The position numbers were made by a program, and so were the translations under genes. Of a stretch of DNA of 32,693 bases, positions 21,928 to 32,005 are shown piece by piece. The stretch is taken from positions 16,878-49,570 of the forward strand of contig WELA01000598.1 in the NCBI GenBank assembly GCA_009602735.1. Reading direction: 5' to 3'. The notes under the pieces are model-generated. The model ran no database searches. It had not been told where the DNA came from and saw only the letters and a program-made list of their open reading frames with translations. This stretch comes from Mesotaenium endlicherianum. Lineage: Eukaryota. Every line of letters begins with the position of its first letter. Position 1 is the first letter of the stretch.

Positions 21928-24900
21928 CTATCGGCGGCCGCCAATGCCGCCGCCCGAGAGCTCCACGTCCGTGAAGTCGTTGTCGTTGTTGTGGGATCCG
22001 TGCCCGTTGAATCGCTCGTACGGCGTGCGCGCTGCTTTCCCCCCCCCTCCAACGCGCGTTGTTGCCATTTGTTCAATCAGCACATACAAGAGCATGGCAG
22101 CACCTCTTGTACGTAGCGAGAGCAGGAGCGGGAGCAGGAGCATGAACACACACAAAGGCTTGGCAGAGCAAGCACACGAACAGAAGCACCGCACTTGCAC
22201 CCCCACATCGCCCGCAGCGACATGCCCCAACATTTGCGAATATGCATTAAGGCAGGTATGGGCTCACAATCCAGATGCAGCAGCACCTATTAGGGGCATC
22301 GGCAGGCCTGTACCTCAGAAGAAGAGAAAAAAAACAATTCCAAAAAAAATAAAATTTGGCAGCCAATGACGCTTCCAGTCATTGTGTGAGCTGAACCTCG
22401 CCCACGGGGTGGGGTGGGGTAGGGGAGTGGGGGGAGANNNNNNNNNNNNNNNNNNNNNNNNNNNNNNNNNNNNNNNNNNNNNNNNNNNNNNNNNNNNNNN
22501 NNNNNNNNNNNNNNNNNNNNNNNNNNNNNNNNNNNNNNNNNNNNNNNNNNNNNNNNNNNNNNNNNNNNNNNNNNNNNNNNNNNNNNNNNNNNNNNNNNNN
22601 NNNNNTAGGGGAGTGGGGGGAGAGGGGGGGGGGCAAGGGAGGGAGCAGGGGACTGATTGCGTACCTCCGTACTGCCCGGCCGCCTCCGCCACCTGGCCGT
22701 CGCGCGAGGCTGAGCGGCCGATGCCCATGACGGCCGACGCGCGCTGGATGAAGGACGACGTTGACGACGCGCTCTCCGTGCGCGCCGCCTGGTGGTGCTG
22801 CGAGGCGGAACCCTGCTGCCCCGCGGCTTTGCGCGTCTGGACAAGCATGCGCACGGCCAGCACGGCCACCACCACGGCCGCCAGCAGCAGGATGGCGGCC
22901 ACGATGACGCCGGCCACGGCGCCGCCCGTCAGCCGGGAGTGTCGCGAGATGACTGCCAGGTGTCGCGCGAGCGCAGAGCAGCAGAAGCAGCAGGAGTGAG
23001 AGTGTTAGCGTCAGCAGCAGAAGCAGCAGAAGCAGCAGCGGTAGCATCGGCAGCAGCAGCCGCGGCACCAGGACAAGCATTGGCACCAGCAGTGCAAGTG
23101 GCGGCATCAGCAGCAGCAGCAGCAGCAACAGTAGCTGCACCGGCACCACTAGCAGTGGCAGCAGCAGCAGCAGAAGCAGAAGCAGCAGGCCCAGTACCAG
23201 CCTAATCGTCATCACTGTGGTCAGGCGGGAGGGCAAGCAGGCCCCAGGCTCCTGCAGCTATCTATAGGCGTGCAAGGGCCAAGAAAGAGGGAAGGGGGAG
23301 GAGAAAAGAGGGGAATAAGAAAGGGGGNNNNNNNNNNNNNNNNNNNNNNNNNNNNNNNNNNNNNNNNNNNNNNNNNNNNNNNNNNNNNNNNNNNNNNNNN
23401 NNNNNNNNNNNNNNNNNNNNNNNNNNNNNNNNNNNNNNNNNNNNNNNNNNNNNNNNNNNNNNNNNNNNNNNNNNNNNNNNNNNNNNNNNNNNNNNNNNNN
23501 NNNNNNNNNGGGGGGGCGTGGGTGGGAGAAGGGGGAGGCGGAAGCAGACTGAGAGGCATTGAGGAACAGGCAGAACGCCACAGAGGCAAGGTGCTAGCTG
23601 ACGTGGTGGTGCTTTCCCCCCCTCTCCTGCCAGGTCCAGCTGCTCCTCCCCCCAAACTTTTGCAACTAGACACTCTCCTTGCCCTCCTCTATCCCGAGCC
23701 AGCAGGGAGAATGAGCTCCGTGGCAAATAAAAAGTTTGAGGCTATGATGCAGGCCACCCATCGCTCAGCCTGAGATGGGAAGGTGAGGTGGGAGGGGGCT
23801 GTTCTCTTACCTTCCCTCCCTCCCTCCCTTCTTCCTCCTTCCTTCACTCTCACTCTTCCCCCCCCACCCCCTTCCTCTCTCTCCCTCCCTCCCACCCTCC
23901 TCTCTTCCCTCTCGTCTGCTCCCTTCCTCCCATGGTCCCCTCCCCATGATGCCCACTTTCCCCGCACATTCTTGCACGGGCAAAGCAACCGTGTGTCTCC
24001 CCTCACACGTGGCTAAGAAGAAGGAGAGCGCGCCTGCCCGTGGAAAGAGCGCGTGCATTCCTGAAACAAAACCAGAGGGCCATAGCCCCGCATCTCGACC
24101 TCTCGTACCAGACTTCCTCTACACCGCTGCCCTTCTATAGCTGCCCAGCAGAGAGTGCCATACGATAAGGAGTAAAAAAAAGAGGGGGAGGAGGGGGAGG
24201 AGGGGGAGGAGGTGCTCTTGCAGGAGTGAGAAGAGAAGCCGGGCAGAAAGGAGCATGAATGCACAATCTATCTCTCTCCTCTTCCCTCTCTCTCTCATAC
24301 ACACACGCACATCACCCACTCTGCCACCACACCTTTGTGATGTTGTCACTGCCACGGGAATGGAGGCCTATGTCCCCACCCCACTCTCTGTGCCCTAATT
24401 CTGCCGCTGCTGCTGGCGCTGCTGCTGCCCTCTACTCACTGGCAGAGTCCCATCGCTAGAGCTACCGCCAGGGGGCCTTGGGCAGCGGTGACGCTGTCAA
24501 GTGGAGGGACTGATGCGGCAGAAGAGCTAAGAGTCGCGTCCCTGGAGATGCCAGAGTGCCAGATCCTCATTGGTGTGGAGGAATGACAGGGCAGCCCAGA
24601 ATTTGGGTCCTCAGCCAGCAGAGGCTGCACGGTCTCGAGGGGGAGAGTGAGGGCGAGAGAGTGGGAGAGAGGGAGAAGGCGGAAGAAGGATGGGGAGGGA
24701 GAGAGGGAGAGGGAGAGGGGGAAGAGAGAGGGAGACGCAGGGGGCGGGAGGGAAGGAGGTGACAGGAGGGAAAGGGGGTGGCTGCGGGCGGGCGTACTGG
24801 ATCGAGTGGCATTCTGGCGGCCATCCTCCGCCGCAGCGGTGGTGGGGATGAGTTCAAAGAGCTCCACGCCGCTCAGGATGGGCGGGCGCTTGCTCCCGGG

Positions 24901-27900
24901 CGAGGCCACCACGGCAAACTGCAGGTTGTAGAACGCGCCACCTGTCTCCGTCACGGCCACGGGCTCCTGCGCAGAGGGGCCCTGCGTGAGGTTGAAGCGG
25001 ATGGGGATGACGACAGCTGTCCCCGGCGCGGCCACCGCCAGGAGGTCCCAGTCCGAGGTGGCGTTGCCGTGCAGGTCGTACGAGACCCCCCCGCCGCCGA
25101 TGCGCACGAAGAAGGTGCGGTCGCCCGCGCGCACGCTGGCGTCGTACTCGGCCATGTAGAGGACCAGGAGCCATGTGTTGGTGGGCGAGGCGGGGACCAC
25201 GCTGGGGAACGTGAAGCCCGTGCTGGTGTTGGCGCCCGGCAGCGCCTCGCGCACCGTGCGCAGCATCTGCCTCGGCACGTAGTCCGGCGCCAGGTCAGCG
25301 TCCACAATGTGGCCCGCCTGCACCGTGCGCACGTTGTACTTCCCCGCCTTCGGCGTGAAGGGGTCCGCCGCCCAGGTGCGGTTCCCAATGTCCTCAGGCG
25401 CGGGCCCCACCGCCGGCCCGCCGCAGTTGATGCGCACCAGCATCGACAGGATGACGTCGTCCACGCCGCTCGCGGCGCCGCCGCCGCTGCCGGCCGCAGG
25501 GAGGTCGGCGGCGTACGCGAGCGCGTCCTGCGGGAGGATCTCGAGCGAGCTGATGAGCGGGCGGCCCTGGTTGGGCGCGCCCACGAGGCACACGGAGGCG
25601 TTGCCGTCGGTCACGGGCGCGAGGAAGTCGGTGTAGAAGGGCGCGTCGCCCTGCTGCACCTGCCACGCGTCCAGGTCCACGCGCTGCACCGTCACGCCCT
25701 CCACCGTGATGGCAAACGCGGGCGGCATCGTCAGGTTGTCAAAGTTGCCGTACGAGAACCCCGTGCGCACCAGGTAGCGCCCGGGGGGCACGGGGACCTG
25801 GTAGCACGCGGCCTCGGTGGGGCCGAAGGAGCGCACGGTGGCGGCGGGGCGGTCGCTCTCCAGGCCCAGGTCGTTGGCATTCTGGATGAAGCCGGGCTCG
25901 CCGCCCGCAAAATAGGCGTCGGGGATCCAGCGCCGGCTGCCCTGCGTGTACGGCTGCCCCGAGAATCCGCAGTCGATGCGTATGTTGTCTGCACGCGCTC
26001 ACAAGCGCACGCACACGCACACGCACGCACGCACAAGCACAAGCACGCGTGCACACGCGCGCGCACCGCGCGTCACAGCGGAGGGCACGGAGTGGGGCGC
26101 AGGGAGGCAGAGAAAAGAGGAGAGAGACGACGGTCAGGGGGGGACGAGTTGCACCGCCACCGCACGAGGGCAGACTGGCTGGCAGGCGTGCTGATGGGCG
26201 GAAAAGGCAAACCAAGACAACATGATGTTCTCCACGAGAAACCCCCCCCNNNNNNNNNNNNNNNNNNNNNNNNNNNNNNNNNNNNNNNNNNNNNNNNNNN
26301 NNNNNNNNNNNNNNNNNNNNNNNNNNNNNNNNNNNNNNNNNNNNNNNNNNNNNNNNNNNNNNGTCCCCCCCTTGCCCCTCTCCTGAGGGCCCCCCCCTCC
26401 CTTCTCGTGGTGCCTCTCTGCAGAATGTCCCAAAAAGGTGGCCCACTTGCAGCACTCGGCCTTTCCTGCGCAAGAGTGATCGCAATTGTGGTCCCCCAAG
26501 GAGCTGCAGCCGAGGGGGAGGTTTACGACACCAGCATCAGACGGCTGGCGGAAGGGCAGCCTCAGCGTGCCACGCGCGTAGCAGCAGGCAAGACCGATGC
26601 ACGACACTGCTGCCCACCCAGCTTCATGTAGTGGAACGGAGCTCCGCTGTCTCTGTCTCTCGCATGCGTGCTCTTCAGTGCCAGCACGTTTGCCAAAGCC
26701 GAAAGTCAGTCACAGGCGAGCAAGAGACCCTATGGAGACGGGGCTTGGGTCACAGCAACGAGGCAAGTAGAGAGCAGGGGAGTACGAGAGAACTGGCAGA
26801 GCCCCCCCCCACCTCTCGACTGGGACCCCGCTCTTGGGGCCCGTCGTGGGTTTTAATCTTCGGTTTGAGTGATCTACCCGGGCTTCAGGGGCGCGTGGGG
26901 CGACAAGGCTGGGTCTCACAGAAGGATCGGCTGGAGAGTGCATGTGCACGCTCATACACACGCACGCACGCACACATTCGCACACTCTTTCAAGTCTGTC
27001 TCTCCCTTTCTCCCTCCCTCCCTCCCTCCCTCCNGAGAGCGAGAGATTTTTATTTTTTTTCAGACTTGCCCACAACCTGACGACACAGATTTTCACCATA
27101 TCCTCCCCCGCAGAGACTCCTCTTACCGATCAACCCAGCCACTCTTGGAAGCAACGATGCCTGCTCAGCTCGGCACATACGTCAGAAGGGAGCTCCCAAG
27201 GCTTGCCTCCCCCACTTCCCACCTCCCCCTTCTTCCCCCTTCTTTGTAATTGATGCAAGCTAGCTGCTACAGAAGTCGATACTCTCAGTGCAAGTTGTGT
27301 CTCCCACTCCCCCCAAACCTCTGCCTCTCCGGCTCTCTCTGATCCATCGCTGCTTCTCTGTTTCATCTTGCCTAGTGCGAACGGGGACCAGAGGCTTACA
27401 GCTTCCCCCTTGCCCCAACGACGTATGCTGAAGCACTTCTCGACAGTCGAGACTTAGGAGCGCAATGAGACCAGCCACATCAGACTCCAATTGCTTCACC
27501 CGCCCCTGTTTCTGTCTCTCTAGTTTTGGGGTTTTTTTTTTTTTTTGAAATGAGACTTATGTGACCTGACCTCAAGTGCGAAATTGCTTCAGTTCTGAGA
27601 GGAAAGGGGTCAAGCTCTCCGTAACAATCATTACCTGGCGAATTCAACGCCTTATGTATTCAGCAGAGGGCTTGAGAGAAGCAGCAAAAGAAAGGAAGTT
27701 ACTTCTGAGAAGGAAAGAAATGCGTGCATTTTGGATGAGTTGTCATGCTTGCATCTCCAGCAACCGTGCTCTTTGGGAACGCTAATCCCTCAGGAAAATG
27801 TTCTTACTTACTACTGCAACTGCATCTGTAAGCCATATAGTTAATGTAGTGTGGCCTTTGGATAGAACGGTAAGAGTACAGTCGTTTTTTTGATATAATC

Positions 27901-28434
27901 AGTTTGGACAAGAATCGAGTTCCTTGAGTTTACACGTTTAAGGATCTGTCTCGGCCCCAGAATACAAAACCATTGCAGACTTCAACCTACCTCCAACAAG
28001 GCACGCGTGAAAACCATCACCCCCATATAATACAAGCAGGCAAACCCTTTAGTTACTCTGGACAACCCCAACCGAGTACGTCCACAGAGATCATGAATAA
28101 GGTAGGTGGACAAGGCATGGACATGACCTCAGTAGGACGCTTCAGAAAAAAGAAACAAAAGGTCAGCGGGGGCTCTGCGAGCTGACAAACTGATGCAGTT
28201 GTAAGAACGCATTCGTTGTGGAAAGCATACCCCCCTTTGAGTACCTAAGCCGATGAAAAAGCGAAGCACCTCGTACACTATGCACTTACACGAACTAAGA
28301 GTGGTAGGAAAGAAAAAGGAGCGAAATATACCTATACCCGGAGATTGTGCGGAAACAGCAGCTGCACTGACAAAGACGAGAATTATGGTCAGCATTGTAT
28401 TCCACTTCGAGCTTGGCATGCTGCTGCGAGACAT
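21928..28434 (-). CDS. Malectin-like (tandem malectin) domain single-pass membrane protein without kinase (about 559 aa)
   Basis: Proposed exons (-) 28434-28338, 25988-24798, 22952-22665 and 22031-21928, with all introns phase 1 and GT-AG. Signal peptide MLTIILVFVSAAAVSAQ. Malectin-like motifs IRIDCG...RWIPD...VRSF...CYQVPVPPGRYLVRTGFSYGNFD...PLISSLEI...RINCGG...RTWAAD...LYMAEYD...RTFFV...PPILSGVELF. TM segment LTGGAVAGVIVAAILLLAAVVVAVLAV and a short tail ending YERF...DVELSGGGIGGRR*. A CTAAC branch-point-like site lies about 50 nt before the 22952 acceptor. Small exons could be hidden in the N gaps. Confidence 0.78.
22438..22605. other. Assembly gap (N run), probably a false gap
   Basis: The 18-mer taggggagtggggggaga occurs immediately before and immediately after the gap. 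Confidence 0.95.
22977..23190. repeat. Degenerate (GCA/TGC)n trinucleotide microsatellite in intron 2 of the malectin-like gene
   Basis: Runs of gcagcagca/gcagaagca. These generate spurious poly-Leu and poly-Ala ORFs. Confidence 0.8.
23328..23509. other. Assembly gap (N run)
   Basis: N run flanked by G homopolymers. Confidence 0.95.
23800..23945. repeat. CT-rich low-complexity tract
   Basis: Almost pure C/T on the + strand. Confidence 0.8.
24638..24780. repeat. GA-rich low-complexity tract (polypyrimidine on the transcribed - strand, just after the donor at 24797)
   Basis: Almost pure G/A on the + strand. Confidence 0.8.
26005..26065. repeat. (CACG/CA)n microsatellite just upstream of the malectin exon 2 acceptor on the - strand
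   Basis: gcgcacgcacacgcacacgcacgcacgcacaagcacaagcacgcgtgcacacgcgcgcgca. Confidence 0.8.
26250..26362. other. Assembly gap (N run)
   Basis: N run flanked by C homopolymers. Confidence 0.95.
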
Positions 28435-29669
28435 TTTTTAGAAGGCAAGCCTAATCTGAGACCTTATTTATCGGCTGTAATACTTCTTAGAATCAAAGGG
28501 CACCTAACTTCTTTAATGCCTGTTACACAAGATTGAATAGTAGTATAGCTGCAGCCACGACTGGTATGACAGCCTTTATGAAGGCCCAGGCTAACACGCA
28601 CTTTGACGCCACACCGACTTGCTGCAACTTCTAAAGTCACGATACAAGCAACCGGTCAGGCTTTTACTAATCACTGTGACGAACTTGGTTACACTGAAGA
28701 GCAACACTTCTCTTAGAAGTATCAAGGTAGGTAATTGTAAGGAGCAGTTGCCTTCATTGCAAAGACAACCTCGCAACGTTGTGCTGTACTAACGGGGTAT
28801 TGGAGCATTTCCTGCATTCTCCTACTGCCTGAAGATAAGTGGCGAGACGAGTTGCGACCGGTACCATGGAGGCCAAGGTGTTTCAAATCTTATAAGCTCC
28901 GCAGAATCTGGAGATGGTGGTTTGCTTATCCTGGTACAGTCTGGTCGTTCCCAAAATTGTCAGCGGTTGGAAGACCAAAAGTTTGGAGTAATTAGCCCTT
29001 TGTCAAAATATCACATCTTACCAAATAATCAATAGGTCACGGTACATATTCCTGTGTTACCTTTCGGCATGTAACTTATTTACGATGTTGAACTTTTATC
29101 ACATCGCAAGCGGCCAACATTAATGCATGGGGGTCAGACTTGGTTGCACACAAAAAACTTCAAGTCAGTTCCAAGTTCCAACAGGTCATAAATGGCTTTC
29201 AGTATCTGACTGAGATCCTGTCGGTGACTGTACCACTTTGCTGTTCTTGTCTGTTGCAGTCCGTTGCAGTCTGTTGGCATCGGTTGCATTTTCGTGGCCC
29301 TGCATCCTGCTCCGATCCTGCTGCATCCTGATCAATTAGGATCTGCAACACGAAAGTAGCATCGAATGGCAGCTAATGTCGGCCTCTGTCGGTTAAAGAG
29401 TCGGATACCATAACTAGGGTCTCGCCCAGTCTCGCCGAGGGCTTGCGGTCCAAATGTCCTTGTTCTACGTGTCCTATTTCTTCCCCGCTGCTTCCCAGCA
29501 CTCAATATATCTGCTCAACCTCGTTGAAGTTGTCTAGCTTTTTCAGAAGTCCTGAACATGAGTGCACGTCATGTGGAATTGTAAACTCATTCCCACGTTA
29601 ATTTTCAAACCGTGCTCCGATGTTTCCACCAGGTCCTCCTGCACACGAGTAGGCTCGTCATGATTTTTT

Positions 29670-29704
29670 ACTGCCCCAAGAGCAGGGACTGCCCCAAGAG
29701 CAGG
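29670..29704 (+). repeat. 17-bp direct repeat (18-bp period) upstream of the TraB gene
   Basis: actgccccaagagcagg at 29670 and at 29688. Confidence 0.85.
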
Positions 29705-29743
29705 TTCATAGACGCACACAGCTCATAAGAGTACAGCCAGCTT

Positions 29744-32005
29744 ATGTGCCTCAGACGATTGGAGTTGACTAGGACTTGCTTGGATCCACATCTTAGCATA
29801 ACGTGTCTCACTCAGGAGCATTTCCTTGTACAGCTGTGCACGGGCATGTTGTTATCTCAAATGGCCACATCTAGGTTGTACCTGGATGTACTTCTTCCCC
29901 TGGCCAACCTTCCACGTACGAACGGACCAGCATGTACGGCGTTCGATGCAGGGTATGGACCTCCAAGTAGCCTCCGCTTGCCATTTGTAAGACGCGAGGG
30001 ACGTCACGTGGTAAACTTGAACTTGCACAGCTGTATCGCCCCACACGAGCTCCGAGGATCCCCTCACGGCGTATCTCCTTCCGAGCCTCCCCTTGCGTCG
30101 CTGGGGACGTCCACCACTTGTCGCACAAGCTGGCTGCCACAACGGCCTCACGCAGTAACAAGAGGAAGCCCACGGCGGAGCTCCTGCAGGTGTCGAGGGA
30201 GCCTCAGGGAGACAAGTGGCGTGTCTGGAGGGGTCGAGGTTGTGGTTCCTCCTCCTGCAGACTATAACCACAAGCAGGAGGTCCTGGAGAGAAGCAGGTT
30301 GTATGTGAGGGAGCACTACCCTGACCTGCTGGACCTGGTGGAGGAGGGCACTCTGCTAGCGGTGGAGAGGCCGCCGGATTACGTGGAGAGGCGATCTGAC
30401 GGCTACTGCGAGCCGGAGGTGGTGCTCCTTGTGGGGACCGCGCACATGTCGCGGAAGTCGGCGCGCGACGTGGACCGCGTGATCCGATCTGTGCGGCCCG
30501 AGAACGTCGTCGTGGAGCTCTGCAGGAGCAGGTGGGTGCCACCTGTGACCAATGGTAGAGCTCTTCGGCAGGGGACGGGTGCCAGCAGTGGCTATCATCA
30601 GTGGGGCTCTGCAGGAGCAGGTGGATGCCATCTGTGAAGAATGGTAGAGGTCTGCAGAAGCAAGTGGGGTACTTCCATGGACCAGTGGACTGGTAAGGCC
30701 TCCAGAAGCAGGGGGAGGTTCCACCTAGTGCGCTCTCTTCCTGTTCTTAGAAGGTGACTCAGAAACTCAGAAACTGCAGCTGACACGACTGATGCAACAG
30801 ATTGCAGAGCACACTGTTGTACATGTGGTTCCAGAAGTTGGAGTTCTAGAGTGAGTGATTAGAATGCCGGCATGAGGTGTATAGCCAGCACAGAGTGACC
30901 ACGCTGTGGCCTGCCAGGTTGCCACGAGGCTGTTCAGCCGAGAGAAACGCCACCCGTCGCCAGTATCTGATGCCGGAGCGCTGCGTCGCACGTGCGCGTC
31001 TACTATTTGTGAGTGGGATTGTAGTGCGAAACTTGATTCTGCGAGTGCATTTGCCGGCCACTCGGACGATGATGTGTCAGCACTTGAGAGGGGCGCAGCC
31101 TGGAAGTTGGCAGAGTACATCACACGCGGGGTGACTTGCGATGATAACGTGGACAGCTGGCTGCTTCTGGTTCGCCGGCCTGCTCATCCATTCCAGCTGC
31201 ACGCTCTTGGCCTCCTTCCGAGCCTTTGCCGCGTCAGCGCCATCGCCATCCTCGCTGTCGTCCTCATCAGCTTCTCTGCCCTCGTCGCCTTCGTGATCCT
31301 GGCCTGTGTCGCCTTCCTGGTTGCCACCTGGCCGCCGTCTGCGCCACCTATCTGTCATACGTCACAGGGCAGGCACGATGTACGAGCAGGAGCAGCAGCA
31401 GCAGGAGGAGGAGGAGGAGAAGCTGCCGCGGGATGGTGACGGTGCCACAGCGACCGCGACGGCGACAGCTGGCGCCCCCCCGCAGCAGAGGGGCAAGAAC
31501 CTGATGTCCCTCAGTGGGGACAATTTCGCGTCTGCCATGGGCCGCAGCCTGCAGCTGGGTAAATGCACACCCGCGCTGAGACTAATGTTCCGACCCGAGC
31601 ACTCTACCCTGAACCCTGACCGTAACCCTGACCCAAACCCTAACCTCTGTCTTAACGGTACACTTAAGCCCATAAGCTCCTTCTGGGCTCGCCACCTGTC
31701 CACGTCCCGCCTGTCCCCAGCCCCCTGCCCATCACCGGGCCTGACTGCACAATAGAGACGGCAGAGCGTGCTCCAAATCGCCAGCAGTACAGAGCCCGGA
31801 GGTGTGAGCTAAGGTGCATGACCTCAGCCCCGGGCCTTCAGCTGCTACTCAAGCCCTGACCCCTGACCCCTGAGCCTGCCCCAAGCCTGCGTGTGCTTGC
31901 ACCTGTGCGTTGCCAGGTGGCAGGTCGGCGCTGGCGCTGAGGCTGCTGCTGGCGGGGGTGGCGCAGAAAGTGTCGGCGTCAGCGGGCGTCCAGAGCGGCG
32001 AGGAG
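29744..32005 (+). CDS. TraB/PrgY-domain protein (plant organellar type), 5' part; continues beyond the window
   Basis: Exons 29744 (alternative in-frame ATGs at 29846 and 29861)-30531, 31368-31558 and 31917-32005 (phases 2,1,0). The product includes PEVVLLVGTAHMSRKSARDVDRVIRSVRPENVVVELCRSRAGTMY...NLMSLSGDNFASAMGRSLQLGGRSALALRLLLAGVAQKVSASAGVQSGEE, with the TraB GTAH and VELCxxR motifs. The Ser/Arg/Pro-rich N-terminus resembles a transit peptide. Confidence 0.88.
30512..30725 (+). repeat. Degenerate tandem repeat (about 42-47 bp units) built from the TraB exon 1/intron 1 junction
   Basis: 30512-30564 and 30601-30653 are 47/53 identical. More diverged units lie between and after them. Confidence 0.8.
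31606..31645 (+). repeat. Degenerate interstitial telomere-like (CCCTAA/CCCTGA) repeats in TraB intron 2
   Basis: accctgaaccctgaccgtaaccctgacccaaaccctaacc, with further (ccctgac)-type units at 31854-31874. Confidence 0.65.

Larger units (their letters stand above)
14279..22437. repeat. Copy 2 of 8159-bp direct tandem duplication (likely assembly artefact)
   Basis: Matches 6119-14277 in all spot checks and in all ORF translations. Bounded by the single N at 14278 and the N-run starting at 22438. Confidence 0.97.

Noticed and set aside
22290..23773. ORFs with X runs and poly-Leu/poly-Ala tracts
   Set aside because: Products of N gaps and the (GCA)n microsatellite. Only 22665-22952 (-) fits a spliced model.
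24778..26631. 617-aa + strand ORF
   Set aside because: Antisense shadow of the GC-rich malectin exon. It also runs through an N gap.
27130..27785. Short ORFs in malectin intron 1
   Set aside because: No recognisable motifs, and they are not needed for a phase-consistent gene model.
30075..31225. 14-mer ctccttccgagcct present twice
   Set aside because: A single 14-bp match is expected by chance in a window this size.
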